From contig CAWBZV010000005.1 of the NCBI GenBank assembly GCA_963793305.1, positions 96,001-160,000 on the forward strand: a stretch of DNA of 64,000 bases, read 5' to 3'. Numbering within the stretch: the first letter of the stretch is position 1; the number at the start of each line of letters is the position of its first letter. Under the pieces are notes generated by a model. That model worked only from the letters and a program-made list of their open reading frames with translations, searched no databases and had not been told where the DNA came from. The DNA is from an uncultured Gemmatimonadales bacterium. Its GTDB lineage: Bacteria; Gemmatimonadota; Gemmatimonadetes; Gemmatimonadales; Gemmatimonadaceae. The translations under genes were made by a program, and so were the position numbers. Positions 33,788-43,634 of this stretch are shown in pieces.

Positions 33788-34875
33788 TTCCAGCGACTGC
33801 GATCGCGTGCGTCGTCCGCCGCGCGCTGCACCGCATCGAGCATCATGCGCTCCGTATACTCGCGCGCGACCCGAGCGCGTCCCGCGCTCCCCATCGCCGC
33901 CCGCTGCTCGTCCTGCGACAGGAGCTCGGCGATCGTGGCCGCGGTCGCGGGGGTATCGCTGGGCGGCAGAATGATGCCGCTGATGCCATCGGCCACGTAT
34001 CGACTCGCGACGGTCCCCCGGTCGACGAGCACAGGGACCCGCATCGCCATGAAGTCCAGCACACCATAGACCGCCGTATCGTCGCTCGCCACCACCCAGC
34101 CCAAATCCGCGGCCCGCAGCACGGCCAGGTCGTCGTCCCGCGCCACCAGATGCGTGACCGCGTGGCCAATGTCGAGCGCCGCGGCTTGCATGCGCAAATC
34201 TTCGTGATCGGCGCCCGGGCCGAAGAGGAGGAGATGGAGCTCGGGGTGCCGCGGCACGAGCATGCCCATGGTACGCAACACCGTCGCCGCGCGCTGCTTG
34301 CCGCCCGCATCGTAGACGCAGACGATCAACCGCGGCGATGGCGCGCCGTTGTGCAAGTTGAGTGACGCCGGGCGAAGCTCATCATACCGCGCGGGATCGA
34401 TGCCGAGCTCGGCGACCAGCGCGGAGCGCACGCGCGGCAACGGCGGCGCGGCTTGGGCCTCGGTCGGCGTCGTGAAGAGCAGGCCGGTCGACGCCATGCG
34501 CGACGCGAACCGGGTCGCGCGGTCGGCGATCAGATGATCGCCGGCGGGCGTGCGTCGGATGATACCGCCGCGGCCGGCCAGTCGAGCGGCGCCCGCGGCC
34601 GCCAGATGCTCGCGGTCCGAGTGCACGAACACGGTCTCGACGAAACGTTCGAGAAAGATGTGGTGCAAGCGCCAGCTCTCTAGCGCGACACTCCCGCCCG
34701 GCTCGAACGGGATGACATCGCATCCCTCGGCCGCGACCCTGGCCTCGACGGCGCCACCCGGTGGGCAGACGTACGTAACCTGGTACCCCCGATCGGCAAG
34801 GCCGCGCGCGGAGGACGCGAACATGCGTGCGCTCCCGGTCCAGACCGGGGACGAGTAGTAGAAGAGGACGCGCAC
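33784..34875 (-). CDS. GT4-like glycosyltransferase with degenerate Ex7E motif
   Basis: GT-B pattern (ADGISGII, MGSAGRARV); DDTAVYGVLDFMA replaces EGFG..LEAMA. Confidence 0.7.
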   Translation of the reverse strand: MRVLFYYSSPVWTGSARMFASSARGLADRGYQVTYVCPPGGAVEARVAAEGCDVIPFEPGGSVALESWRLHHIFLERFVETVFVHSDREHLAAAGAARLAGRGGIIRRTPAGDHLIADRATRFASRMASTGLLFTTPTEAQAAPPLPRVRSALVAELGIDPARYDELRPASLNLHNGAPSPRLIVCVYDAGGKQRAATVLRTMGMLVPRHPELHLLLFGPGADHEDLRMQAAALDIGHAVTHLVARDDDLAVLRAADLGWVVASDDTAVYGVLDFMAMRVPVLVDRGTVASRYVADGISGIILPPSDTPATAATIAELLSQDEQRAAMGSAGRARVAREYTERMMLDAVQRAADDARDRSRWK

Positions 34876-34881
34876 CGTTCG

Positions 34882-36726
34882 CTAGAGCGCGCCGGCGGCC
34901 TCGACGCCTTCACGCATGGGGTCGCGCTCCTGCGCGGCGTGCAGCCGGTAGTACGCGCCCCGCGCGGACAGGAGCACATCGTGCGTGCCGCGCTCGACGA
35001 CGCGTCCGCGTTCCAGCACCAGGATCAGATCGGCGTGGCGCACCGTCGAGAGGCGGTGTGCGATGACGAACACCGTGCGACCCGCGAGGAGCCGGTCGAT
35101 CGCCTCTTGCACGAGGCGCTCGGATTCCGTATCCAGGGCCGACGTTGCCTCATCCAGAATCAGAATGGGCGGATCGACTAACAACGCCCGGGCGATCGCA
35201 ATTCTCTGGCGCTGGCCACCGGACAATCTCGTGCCTCGCTCGCCCAGCGCCGTCTCATAGCCGTGTTCCAGCTCGGTGATAAATCCGTGGGCGTTGGCGG
35301 CGCGGGCGGCGGCCATGATTTGGTCATCGCTGTAGGCGCCTTCGGCGCCATAGGCAATGTTGTTTTTCACTGTGTCGTTGAACAACACCGTATCTTGGCT
35401 CACGATACCCGTGAGCGCACGCAAGGAGCGCAGGGTGATCTCGCTCCCGTCAATGCCGTCCAAGAGAATGCGCCCTGAGGTGGGCGAATAGAATCGCGGG
35501 ATCAGGTCCACCAGCGTGCTTTTCCCTGCGCCACTCGGACCAACTAACGCGACGACATCGCCTTTCCGAGCGGTGAACGAGACATCGGTCAGGACCGGGT
35601 CGTCGGCCGAGTAGGCGAACGAGACGTGATCGAAGACGACGCTGTCCCGGAGGCCATCGACGGTGCGGGTGCCGCGATCGAGGACGGTCTCGGGTGTTTC
35701 GTCGAGAATGCTGAACACCCGGTCGGCAGCCGCCGACGAGGTGGTCGCGGTTGCCCAGAGCTGCGTCAGCTGCTTGAGCGGCTGCAGGAGCCGCATGACG
35801 ACCGACAGAAAGACGATGAGCTGCGATGCCTGCAAGGTCCCGGCGACCAGGACTTGCCGGGCGCCGATCCAGAGGAGGCCGACGGCAACGGCGGTGCCGA
35901 GCGTCTCGGTGATCGGCTGCGAGAGCAGCGCGTGGTTGGTCAGCTTGACCATCTCGCGCGAATACCGCGTGCTGGCCTCCACGAACCGCCGTTCTTCGTA
36001 CGGCTCGGCGCCAAACGACTTGACGAGGCGCATGCCGCTCACCGACTCCTGCACGACGCTCATCATCTCGCCGTAGTCGTTGCGCGTCCGACGCGCGCCC
36101 TTGCGGAGCCGGCGGAGGAGCGGCTGCAACGCACCGATGATCGCCGGAGCGACGACGAGCGCCAGCAACGTCAGGTGCGCCGAGATGGCGAACAGGAAGC
36201 AGATGTAGGCGATGATCAGCGAGGAGTTCTGCAACCCCTGCGTGACGATCTGCGTGATCAGCGCCTTGGTGAGATCGGTGTCGGTCAGGACCTTGGTGAG
36301 AATCTGACCGGCGCGGGTGCGCGTGAAGTAGCGCAGCGGCAAACGCTGCAGGTGCGCATAGACCGCGTTCCGCATGTCGCGCACCACGTACTCTTGGAGT
36401 TGCGCGCCGAGGGTCCCGCCGCGCCAAGCGAACACGTTCTTGAGCGCGACGGTGGCGACGATAATCAAGATCACGATCTCGAGCGACCGCATCTTGTCGG
36501 TCGGGTCGAGCAGCGTGCCGATCGTCACGCCCAGGATCTTGGAGAGCCAGCCACTATTCGGCGGCAACAGCGTTTTGAGGCCGAACAGGGCGTTCAAGAA
36601 CGGGATCAAGAGCGCGAACGCGTAGGCGTCGAGCACCGCCGCCGCCATGCTGCACGCCACGGCCGACGCCATGCGCCAGGCGTGCGGCCGGAGGAAGCTC
36701 AGGAGGCGGCGGTTGACGGCTTTCAC
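34882..36726 (-). CDS. MsbA-like ABC exporter (TMD + NBD)
   Basis: GPSGAGKST, LSGGQRQR, LDEATSALD, AHRLS; next to lpxL-like and GT genes. Confidence 0.9.
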   Translation of the reverse strand: MKAVNRRLLSFLRPHAWRMASAVACSMAAAVLDAYAFALLIPFLNALFGLKTLLPPNSGWLSKILGVTIGTLLDPTDKMRSLEIVILIIVATVALKNVFAWRGGTLGAQLQEYVVRDMRNAVYAHLQRLPLRYFTRTRAGQILTKVLTDTDLTKALITQIVTQGLQNSSLIIAYICFLFAISAHLTLLALVVAPAIIGALQPLLRRLRKGARRTRNDYGEMMSVVQESVSGMRLVKSFGAEPYEERRFVEASTRYSREMVKLTNHALLSQPITETLGTAVAVGLLWIGARQVLVAGTLQASQLIVFLSVVMRLLQPLKQLTQLWATATTSSAAADRVFSILDETPETVLDRGTRTVDGLRDSVVFDHVSFAYSADDPVLTDVSFTARKGDVVALVGPSGAGKSTLVDLIPRFYSPTSGRILLDGIDGSEITLRSLRALTGIVSQDTVLFNDTVKNNIAYGAEGAYSDDQIMAAARAANAHGFITELEHGYETALGERGTRLSGGQRQRIAIARALLVDPPILILDEATSALDTESERLVQEAIDRLLAGRTVFVIAHRLSTVRHADLILVLERGRVVERGTHDVLLSARGAYYRLHAAQERDPMREGVEAAGAL

Positions 36727-38291
36727 CGTCGCGGCGTCAGCAGCGCGACGGGGAGAATCACTTCTTCGGGCGTGACGCCCCCGTGCAAGAATGAGCCGCG
36801 ATACCGGCTCTGATACTCTCTGAGCTTGGTCGGATAGACAAAGAACGTGTCGCCAGCCGCGAGCAGGGTGTTGGCGCCCAGTCCCCGCCTCGGCAATCTC
36901 AACGCATTGGCATTCGGAAACAGCAACGCATGCTCCGCGTGCTCGGCCCGCACGTCCTCTCCAAACTTGTATCGGAGATTCGCGGTCGCATCACGTTTGG
37001 CATACACCGTCGCTGGCGTCTGGCAATGGATCGAGCCGTGGTCGCTCGTCAGCAACACGGAAATCTTCCGGCGCGCCGCTTCTTTCAACACGGAGAACAG
37101 CGCCGACCGCTGAAACCATTGGCGCGTGAGCTGCCGCAGCGCGATTTCATCTCGCGCCACTTCGTACAGAATAGCGGATTCGCTGCGGCCGTGGGTCAGC
37201 AAGTCGACGAAGTTGAATACAAATGCACTGACGCCTTCCGGTGCGATGGCCGCATTGACGCGGCGATCGAGCTCATCGGAGTCGACGGCCGTGGAGATCT
37301 TCTGGTAACGCACCGGGACGGAGCGGCCCAACTCTTTGAGATTCGCTTCGAGGAGGTCCCGCTCGTGGGCGTTGAGCGACTCGTCTTCCCTATCGCCAGG
37401 GCCCCACCAATCCGGGAACCGCGCGGCGATCTCGCCCGGAAAGAGGCCGCTGAATAGCGCGTTGCGCGAATAGGGAGTCGCCGTGGGAAGAACGGCGAAG
37501 TGATAATTGACTTCGACGTCGAACAGCGGGGCGAGCAACGGCGCCAAGACGAGCCACTGGTCGAGCCGCAAACAGTCGACGACGACGAACACCGCGGCCT
37601 TCTCGCGCGACAAGATCGGCGTCAGAAATTCGCTGATCACGTCCACCGACAGCGGCGGCCGATCGCCTTCGAGATTGCGGAGCCACGCCGGATAGGACTC
37701 CATCATGAACGCCGCGAACTCGCGGTGCATGTCGGCGTACAGACCGTGCAGCGATTCGTAGAGGCCCGTCTCCCCGGCCGCGGCCAGATCGACATCCCAT
37801 GCCATCAACTCGCTGTACCGCGCGATCCACCCGCGCCAGTCGAGCGGGCGCGCTCGCTCCAGCTCGATCGACCGGAAGCGCTCGACGAACCGCCGGGCCA
37901 GCGCTTGCTGGCGGATCCGCGGACCCTCGAGAATGCGGCGCACCACGGTCAGGACCTGACGCGGGTTGATCGGCTTGATCAAATAGTCACGAATGTTGGC
38001 GCCGATCGCCTCGTTCAGCGTCGCGTCTTCCTCGCTTTTCGTGACCATGACGACGGGCAACGCCGGACTGATCGCCTGCAGCTCGCGGTAGACCTCGAGT
38101 CCGCGCTTCCCAGGCATTTGTTCATCGAGCAGAACGATGTCGAAAGGCCGGCGGCGGAGGAGCTCGACGGCGTCGTCCGCGTTCGTTGCGGCCTCGACCT
38201 CGTAGCCGCTCTCCCGAAGGAAAATCCGGTGGGATTCCAGGAGTTCGGCCTCGTCATCGACCCACAAAACGGCCTTGGGACTCGGTGCCAT
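36723..38291 (-). CDS. PorX-like response regulator (REC + PglZ/alkaline phosphatase domain)
   Basis: WVDDE, LLDEQMPG, VTKSEE; VDCLR, PTATPYSRN, DLLTH, TSDHG, FLHGG. Confidence 0.88.
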   Translation of the reverse strand: MAPSPKAVLWVDDEAELLESHRIFLRESGYEVEAATNADDAVELLRRRPFDIVLLDEQMPGKRGLEVYRELQAISPALPVVMVTKSEEDATLNEAIGANIRDYLIKPINPRQVLTVVRRILEGPRIRQQALARRFVERFRSIELERARPLDWRGWIARYSELMAWDVDLAAAGETGLYESLHGLYADMHREFAAFMMESYPAWLRNLEGDRPPLSVDVISEFLTPILSREKAAVFVVVDCLRLDQWLVLAPLLAPLFDVEVNYHFAVLPTATPYSRNALFSGLFPGEIAARFPDWWGPGDREDESLNAHERDLLEANLKELGRSVPVRYQKISTAVDSDELDRRVNAAIAPEGVSAFVFNFVDLLTHGRSESAILYEVARDEIALRQLTRQWFQRSALFSVLKEAARRKISVLLTSDHGSIHCQTPATVYAKRDATANLRYKFGEDVRAEHAEHALLFPNANALRLPRRGLGANTLLAAGDTFFVYPTKLREYQSRYRGSFLHGGVTPEEVILPVALLTPRR

Positions 38292-38330
38292 CGTACTGCG
38301 CAATGTACCCGCACGCCGTACATTCGTCAT

Positions 38331-38735
38331 GTGTTCTCGCTGAGCATTCATTCGCGACCACCTTATGCTGTCCGAGAGACGCCGTTTCGGTTTCCGGCGT
38401 TAGCCGCGCTCGCCGGCCGTGGACAGATCGGCGGCGATCGCGAAGTCGCGCTGGCCGCGTTTACGACCGCGCGATTGGTGAACGGTTTGCTACCCCCGAA
38501 CGCCCTGCCGGCTCCAGCGCGCGCGGCGCGCGCGACCGCGGCTCGTCAATGGTTGTCGGCTCTGGCATTGCCGCAGGTGCTTCGGGCGTCGTTTGCGCGA
38601 CTCGCCGATGCCACCGCCGCGGATACCGGGGACGTGAGAGTGGCATTCCGTGCTGTGATCGACACGGCAGGGCCGCTGCTGGATGCGCCGTGCCGGGCTG
38701 AGCTGGAGCGGCTGTTCAGCGACCTGGAACCGTAG
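38331..38735 (+). CDS. Hypothetical helical protein
   Basis: Ala/Leu-rich ORF filling the gap between two minus-strand genes; start uncertain. Confidence 0.55.
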   Translation: MFSLSIHSRPPYAVRETPFRFPALAALAGRGQIGGDREVALAAFTTARLVNGLLPPNALPAPARAARATAARQWLSALALPQVLRASFARLADATAADTGDVRVAFRAVIDTAGPLLDAPCRAELERLFSDLEP

Positions 38736-40074
38736 CGCCAATCGCGACCACTGCGTCGACGAGCGCATCCAGGTCTTCGCGGCGCGTGCGGTGATTGGTG
38801 ATGGCGCAACGGATCGCATATCGGCCTGACACCTTCGTCCCAGAAGGCACCGCGACGCCGGTCTCCTGCAAGCGCAGCAGAATCTCCTCATTCACGGCAT
38901 CGTCGCCGGGCGCATAGCGAAAGCAGACGACATTGAGCGCGACCGGCGCAAGGCGTTCGAGCAGTGGGTTCGCATCTATGCGCTCGGCCAGATAGCGCGC
39001 TTGCGCCACGTTCTCCTCGATCATCCGCGCCAGCGCGTCGGTACCATGAGCCTTGAACGACATCCAGACTTTGAGCGCTTTGAATCCGCGCGTGAGCTCG
39101 ATCCCACGCTCGGCAAATGGCAGACCGCCGGCGATCACGCCCCGCGTCGTCGGCGCCAAGTAATTCGCACTGGTCGCAAACGTCGAACGGACTCGCTCGG
39201 CGTCACGCACCAGTACACACGCGCACTCGAACGGGAGATAGCCCCATTTGTGCAGATCAAATCCCACGGAATCTGCTCTCTCTAGTCCCGCGACCAGCGG
39301 CTTGAGCGTGTTCGAGAGTGACGCCAATGCACCGAAGGCGCCATCGACGTGGAACCACACGCCCTCCTCGCGGGCGATATCAGCCATCGCGTTGAGATCA
39401 TTGATTGCGCCCGTGTTGACCGTCCCCGCCGTGCCGATGATCGCGAATGGACGCTCGGCCCTTACCGCGCGACGCAGCGCATCGAGATCAATGGCATCGT
39501 CAGGACCGACGGCGATTTCTGTATACGACAGCTTGAGCAGCTTGACTGTTTTCTTCGCCCAGCTGTGCGTCTCGGTCGAGCCGTAGCAGATGGTGCTCGA
39601 AGACGAGTGCTGGGCGACGGCGAGAGCGAGCAGATTGGCCATCGATCCGCCGGACACGAACAACCCGCTCGCGTCACTTGGAAAGCCGAGGAGCTCGGCC
39701 AACCAGTTGATCACTCGTTGTTCGACCAAAGCAGGCGCTTGATCAAAACCCGCCATGTGCGGATTGATGCCGGCAGCGAGCATGTCGGCCATCATGCCCA
39801 GAGGCGTGCCGTTGCCCTGGACCCAGCCCCAAAAGCGAGGGTGCAGGTTCCCGTTCGTGTACGGCATGACGTTGGCGACAAAGTCTTCGTACACGTCGGC
39901 ATCGCCCTGACCGGCACGTGGGACGGGTTCCGTGCTGAGGATGCGCCGCACCTCGGCCGGCATGGACCGCCAGGCGGGTTGCTCGTGCAGGGTCGAGAGA
40001 TGATCGAGCATATCGTCCACCATGCGGTGCGCGAGCGCCCGAAATTCCCCCCAGTCAACGGGATCGAATGGCAT
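38716..40074 (-). CDS. Group II PLP-dependent decarboxylase (aromatic amino acid/glutamate family)
   Basis: HPRFWG, GTAGTVNTGAI, WFHVDGAFG, DLHKW. Confidence 0.9.
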   Translation of the reverse strand: MPFDPVDWGEFRALAHRMVDDMLDHLSTLHEQPAWRSMPAEVRRILSTEPVPRAGQGDADVYEDFVANVMPYTNGNLHPRFWGWVQGNGTPLGMMADMLAAGINPHMAGFDQAPALVEQRVINWLAELLGFPSDASGLFVSGGSMANLLALAVAQHSSSSTICYGSTETHSWAKKTVKLLKLSYTEIAVGPDDAIDLDALRRAVRAERPFAIIGTAGTVNTGAINDLNAMADIAREEGVWFHVDGAFGALASLSNTLKPLVAGLERADSVGFDLHKWGYLPFECACVLVRDAERVRSTFATSANYLAPTTRGVIAGGLPFAERGIELTRGFKALKVWMSFKAHGTDALARMIEENVAQARYLAERIDANPLLERLAPVALNVVCFRYAPGDDAVNEEILLRLQETGVAVPSGTKVSGRYAIRCAITNHRTRREDLDALVDAVVAIGATVPGR

Positions 40075-41554
40075 GCAAGACGCCTGGCCCGTAGGTGATG
40101 ATCAGCCGGGACACGCCGTAGATGGCGAGGAGAAACAACATCATGAACAATAGATCGAGCATCATGATGAGCACGAGTGCAACCGCCAGCAGCCCGACTA
40201 TGAGCACAAGAAATGGCCCGAGCAGCACCGTCATCAGCATGGCGCCGACGAGCGACGGCTTGCGCGTCGTATCCGCGATGCGTGCGCCCATGGCCCGCAG
40301 CGCTTTGAGCCGCCGCTCGGCGCTCACGTTCATGGACCGGGAGAGCGCGGTCACGCTGGAGGAGTCGTCGCCGGTGGATGACCCCCACCAGGCGGCGAAC
40401 AAATGGGAGACCGGCCCGGCCTTCGGAACCGCAACGCTTACGTGGCGCAACCGCTCGACCGCCGAGGCCAACCCATCGGGGTTCCGCGTCAGCTGCACCG
40501 CCGTCGCATCGGCGAGGAGCTGACGGCGCTTCCACATCGCGCCGATCAGCTGACCCACGAACAGTCCGCTCGACAAGCCGACAATCATGTCGATGGACAT
40601 CGCCGACCATTGCATCGGGAGCGTGATGAGCGTGAGGCAGCCGCCGTTGCGGTGGCGGTTCGTCCACCGGTCGATGTCCTCGCTCGAATCAGCGGCGCGG
40701 GCGAGTGATGTCATAACGGCGTCCTGCTCCGACGCGCCGTGCGGCAGAATCGCGAGACGCACGAACCGGAACAGCATGCGCCAGGCGCGGAATCCGAACA
40801 GCGCATTGAGCAGCAGGCTGACCACGCCCATCGTCTGATAGATCGACAGGATGATGAGCGCGATCTTGAGATCGCCGTTGGCGACCGCGCCGACGAGTCG
40901 ACCGATGATCGCCTGCGTCTCGTCCCGACCCAATCCGTCCAAGAGCGGTCGCGTGACGACGATCGTCGCGTCAGCGACCGACCAGCCCACGGCGGCCGCA
41001 TTGGCCGCGCCGCCGGCCGCCGTCGCATCGAGGAGCATGACACGCGGCGGCGGAACACCCGCGGCAATCGCCATCTCCTCGACGAGGTTCATGAGCTGTC
41101 GCTCTTCGAAGTCGTTGAGGTTCGGATCCCGCGCTCCGAGCGTCAACAGCACTCCGCCGACTCCGGCCCGACGGAATACCACGCGGATCATGGCCCAAAA
41201 GCCGAGGAGCAGGATCGCTCCCGGAACCACCAGGATCGTCGAAACGATCAAGAGCTCGCGGAGTGGTACGACGACATGTGTGCCGCCGAGGAACGCCAGG
41301 ACATGAGGGAACAGCAGCGGCACATCGTGAAGCTGCCCCAGCCAACGCGCATTCGTTATTTCGCCCACGAGGAGCGCCACAGCGTAGAGCAATGGCGTGA
41401 TCAGAATGCTGAGCGGTAGGCCCGTCAGGAAAACCGCCGCGATCGCCGCCGCCGAGAAACGCCAACTGGCACGCCGGTGTCGGCGCTGCATTGTGAAAAA
41501 CGTGACCCGGTCGACCGGGCCAGGGATCGGCTTATACGGGGACTGGGCTGCCAC
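40055..41554 (-). CDS. M48/HtpX-like membrane protein lacking catalytic zinc ligands
   Basis: LMNLVEEMAIAAGVPPP, ANAAAVG, NGD, LADATAVQLTRNPDGL; no HExxH. Confidence 0.75.
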   Translation of the reverse strand: MAAQSPYKPIPGPVDRVTFFTMQRRHRRASWRFSAAAIAAVFLTGLPLSILITPLLYAVALLVGEITNARWLGQLHDVPLLFPHVLAFLGGTHVVVPLRELLIVSTILVVPGAILLLGFWAMIRVVFRRAGVGGVLLTLGARDPNLNDFEERQLMNLVEEMAIAAGVPPPRVMLLDATAAGGAANAAAVGWSVADATIVVTRPLLDGLGRDETQAIIGRLVGAVANGDLKIALIILSIYQTMGVVSLLLNALFGFRAWRMLFRFVRLAILPHGASEQDAVMTSLARAADSSEDIDRWTNRHRNGGCLTLITLPMQWSAMSIDMIVGLSSGLFVGQLIGAMWKRRQLLADATAVQLTRNPDGLASAVERLRHVSVAVPKAGPVSHLFAAWWGSSTGDDSSSVTALSRSMNVSAERRLKALRAMGARIADTTRKPSLVGAMLMTVLLGPFLVLIVGLLAVALVLIMMLDLLFMMLFLLAIYGVSRLIITYGPGVLHAIRSR

Positions 41555-41588
41555 GCCCCAATCTGACTTCCACGACTCACCGTCGTCT

Positions 41589-42404
41589 ATGGGCGTGAGC
41601 CGGCCTCCAGATATCTCGCCCTTGTCCCAGTTGCTCCGCCGGATCGACGGCCTGGCCGACGGGGCGCCGCCGGGAGACACTGTCCCCACGGGGTTCGGGA
41701 CCGTGGACAAGATGCTCGGCGGCGGACTCCGGACAGGCGACCTGGTGGTTCTCGGTGGCGATGTTGGCAGCGGCAAGTCAGCGCTGGCACTCGGCATCGC
41801 GATGCGGGCGGCCATGCGCGGTTCCGTCGTGCGGTACTACTCGGGCGAGATGGCGCCTGAACGCGTGTATGAGCGCATGTTGGCCGTCGAGGGACGGGCG
41901 CGTATCGATGACCTGAGACGCGGTGCGTTAGACGACGTCACGCGCGCGGGGGTCGCCGCAGCGACGCTGCGTATGCGCGACGTTGCGCTCATGGTCGACC
42001 GGCTGCCGGTGGAAGTCGGCGGCGCGCTTCGCGCAGTCGAGGGACTCCAGCTCGCCATCATCGACTCGCTGCAAGGGCTCCCTGAGGGTGAGGACGCGGT
42101 ACGCGGGCTCAAAACGATCGCGGTCGATTTGGGGATCGTGATTCTGGTGACAGCGCATTTGCCCGGGCTGGATAAGAACCGGGCAGACCCCCGACCAACG
42201 CTCGACGACTTAGGCTCAAAACACGCTGTGAAGCAACACGCCGACGTTATTCTCGGGTTGTTCCGCGAGGAGATGTACGGCGGCGGTCAGGCGGTCGAAG
42301 GCGCGACCGAGCTCTCGGCGCTCAAGAACCGGGGCGGGCCGACCGGGTACATCGACCTCTATTTCTACAAGCAGTGGCTGCGGTTCGAGGATCTGCTGGA
42401 TTAG
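41589..42404 (+). CDS. DnaB-like helicase, C-terminal (RecA-fold) domain only
   Basis: PTGF..D..LGGL, Walker A GDVGSGKS, IIDSLQ, QHADVI, KNRGGPTG; 271 aa. Confidence 0.82.
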   Translation: MGVSRPPDISPLSQLLRRIDGLADGAPPGDTVPTGFGTVDKMLGGGLRTGDLVVLGGDVGSGKSALALGIAMRAAMRGSVVRYYSGEMAPERVYERMLAVEGRARIDDLRRGALDDVTRAGVAAATLRMRDVALMVDRLPVEVGGALRAVEGLQLAIIDSLQGLPEGEDAVRGLKTIAVDLGIVILVTAHLPGLDKNRADPRPTLDDLGSKHAVKQHADVILGLFREEMYGGGQAVEGATELSALKNRGGPTGYIDLYFYKQWLRFEDLLD

Positions 42405-42413
42405 ATTTGTGGC

Positions 42414-43157
42414 ATGGCGGGCCACAGTAAATGGAAACAAATCAAGCACTACAAGGCCGCGACCGACGCCAAGCGCGGAGCGCACTTCACGAAGCTGATT
42501 CGTGAGATCACGATCGCGGCCAAAGTCGGCGGCGGCGACCCGGCGGGCAACCCGCGTCTACGGACCGCCATCGAGAACGCCAAAGCGGCCTCGATGCCGA
42601 AGGACAACATTGAACGCGCGGTCAAGAAGGGCACTGGGGAGCTCGAGGGCGTCGACTATACCGACGTGATGTACGAGGGCTTCGGGCCCGGCGGCGTGGC
42701 GCTGTTGATCCAGGCGGTCACCGATAACCCGACGAGGACGGTCGCCGAGGTTCGGCACAAGCTCTCCCGTGGCGGCGGCAATCTCGGCGCGACGAACTCG
42801 GTGGCCTGGATGTTCGAGCGCAAAGGTCAGATCAGCATTGACGCCGCGGGCCGCGACGAAGACGCGACGCTGGAAGCGGCGCTCGACGCAGGGGCTGTGG
42901 ATGTCGAGCGCGAGGGTGACCTGTTTGTCGTGACGACGGATCCCGCGTCGCTCGGCACCGTCAAGGGAGCGCTCGAGTCCCATGGCATCCCGACCAAAGA
43001 AGCCGAGCTGGCGTGGGTGCCGAAGAATACCGTGCGCGTGGAGGGCAAGACCGCGGAGTCGCTGCTCAGGCTCCTTGAGGAGCTCGAGGACCTCGACGAT
43101 GTGCAGAGGGTCGAGGCCAACTTCGACATGGACGTGCCGGACCTCGCCGGCGCGTAA
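42414..43157 (+). CDS. yebC: YebC/PmpR family protein
   Basis: MAGHSKW, NPRLR, YEGFGPGG, DDVQ. Confidence 0.95.
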   Translation: MAGHSKWKQIKHYKAATDAKRGAHFTKLIREITIAAKVGGGDPAGNPRLRTAIENAKAASMPKDNIERAVKKGTGELEGVDYTDVMYEGFGPGGVALLIQAVTDNPTRTVAEVRHKLSRGGGNLGATNSVAWMFERKGQISIDAAGRDEDATLEAALDAGAVDVEREGDLFVVTTDPASLGTVKGALESHGIPTKEAELAWVPKNTVRVEGKTAESLLRLLEELEDLDDVQRVEANFDMDVPDLAGA

Positions 43158-43163
43158 GCAGTT

Positions 43164-43634
43164 CTGATCGTCTTGGGGCTCGATCCCGGCACGGCCGTCA
43201 CGGGATACGGCGTGGTGCAAAGCGACGGGCCATCGCTTGTCGAGTGCGGGGTGATCCGCACGAATCCCCGCGACGCGCTGCCCCAGCGCCTCAAAGACAT
43301 TTACGAGGGCATTCGCGAGCTTATCGATCGTCACACCCCCTCGGCGCTCGCGGTCGAGGACGTGTTCTATGCCAAGAACGTTCGAACAACCGTGGTCCTG
43401 GGCCATGCCAGAGGGGTTATCCTACTCGCCGGGGCCCAGGCGGGTATCGCGATCCATGAATACCCCCCGCGTGAGATCAAGAAGGCGGTGACCGGTGTGG
43501 GTGGCGCAACGAAAGAGCAGGTGCAATACATGATGATGCGCATGCTGCGCCTCAAGTCTGTGCCTCGGCCGACGGATGCGTCCGACGGAGTGGCCGCGGC
43601 GCTCACCTATTGCCTGACGACGGTCCGAGCGTGA
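43164..43634 (+). CDS. ruvC: Holliday junction resolvase; CTG (43164) or TTG (43173) start
   Basis: LGLDPG...TGYG, AVEDVF, HARGV, IKKAVTG, DASD. Confidence 0.93.
   Translation: MIVLGLDPGTAVTGYGVVQSDGPSLVECGVIRTNPRDALPQRLKDIYEGIRELIDRHTPSALAVEDVFYAKNVRTTVVLGHARGVILLAGAQAGIAIHEYPPREIKKAVTGVGGATKEQVQYMMMRMLRLKSVPRPTDASDGVAAALTYCLTTVRA

Noticed and set aside
36723..38291. BREX phage-defence system suggested by the PglZ domain
   Set aside because: PglZ is fused to a receiver domain (PorX architecture) and no brxC, pglX or brxL is nearby
41589..42404. Prophage or plasmid replication module around the DnaB-like gene
   Set aside because: No integrase, primase or structural genes; flanks are ordinary chromosomal genes
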